Shown here piece after piece: positions 63,890 through 64,000 of a stretch of DNA of 64,000 nt (its first letter is position 1; every line of letters starts with the position of its first letter). Under the pieces are notes generated by a model. The model saw only the letters and a list, made by a program, of their open reading frames with translations. It had not been told where the DNA came from and searched no databases. The position numbers and the translations under genes are program-made. Source of the DNA: Callorhinchus milii (taxonomy: Eukaryota); the NCBI RefSeq assembly GCF_018977255.1, contig NW_024704742.1, positions 18,168,001-18,232,000 of the forward strand, given 5' to 3'.

Positions 63890-64000
63890 TACCCCTAGGC
63901 TCTGGAACTCCATCCCCCAGTGCCTTCGCCTTGCCTCCTCCCTTTCCTCCTTCAAGGCCGGTCTCAAGACCTTTCTCTTTGACCGTGCCTTCAGCTCCCC
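63890..64000 (+). mobile_element. Young L2 3' fragment, running off the window
   Basis: Near-identical to 53557-53662. Confidence 0.85.

Overview
Eukaryotic (vertebrate) genomic DNA, most likely a cartilaginous fish, probably a chimaera. This is inferred from the tRNA-SINE/DeuSINE/L2/CR1 repeat landscape. The only protein-coding gene I can support is RBM46, a germ-cell RNA-binding protein with 3 RRMs and a C-terminal dsRBD-like domain, on the + strand. It has a CpG-island promoter and a probable non-coding exon 1 at about 3.1-4.2 kb, then four coding exons (7704-7854, 13899-14366, 18643-19437, 22489-22691; 1617 nt, 538 aa, all phase-1 GT-AG introns). The remaining ~41 kb shows no recognisable gene and is rich in retroelements. 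The standout observation is in the last RBM46 intron: a ~270-nt copy of 7SK snRNA, nearly complete at its 5' end but lacking the 3' hairpin and U-tail, is fused directly to the 3' ~615 nt of a CR1 LINE (21582-22470). This is a 7SK-CR1 chimeric retrocopy or a candidate 7SK-headed SINE-like element, and it ends only 18 nt before the final coding exon. Other points of note are a 2.7-kb minisatellite with a homogeneity gradient, split by a SINE and a CR1; mosaic SINE subfamilies whose 3' hairpin loop matches a young L2; an insert flanked by a 16-bp direct repeat; a perfect 27-bp inverted repeat; and an unclassified dispersed repeat. All family assignments are from recalled consensus sequences, not database searches. 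Repeat boundaries are approximate.
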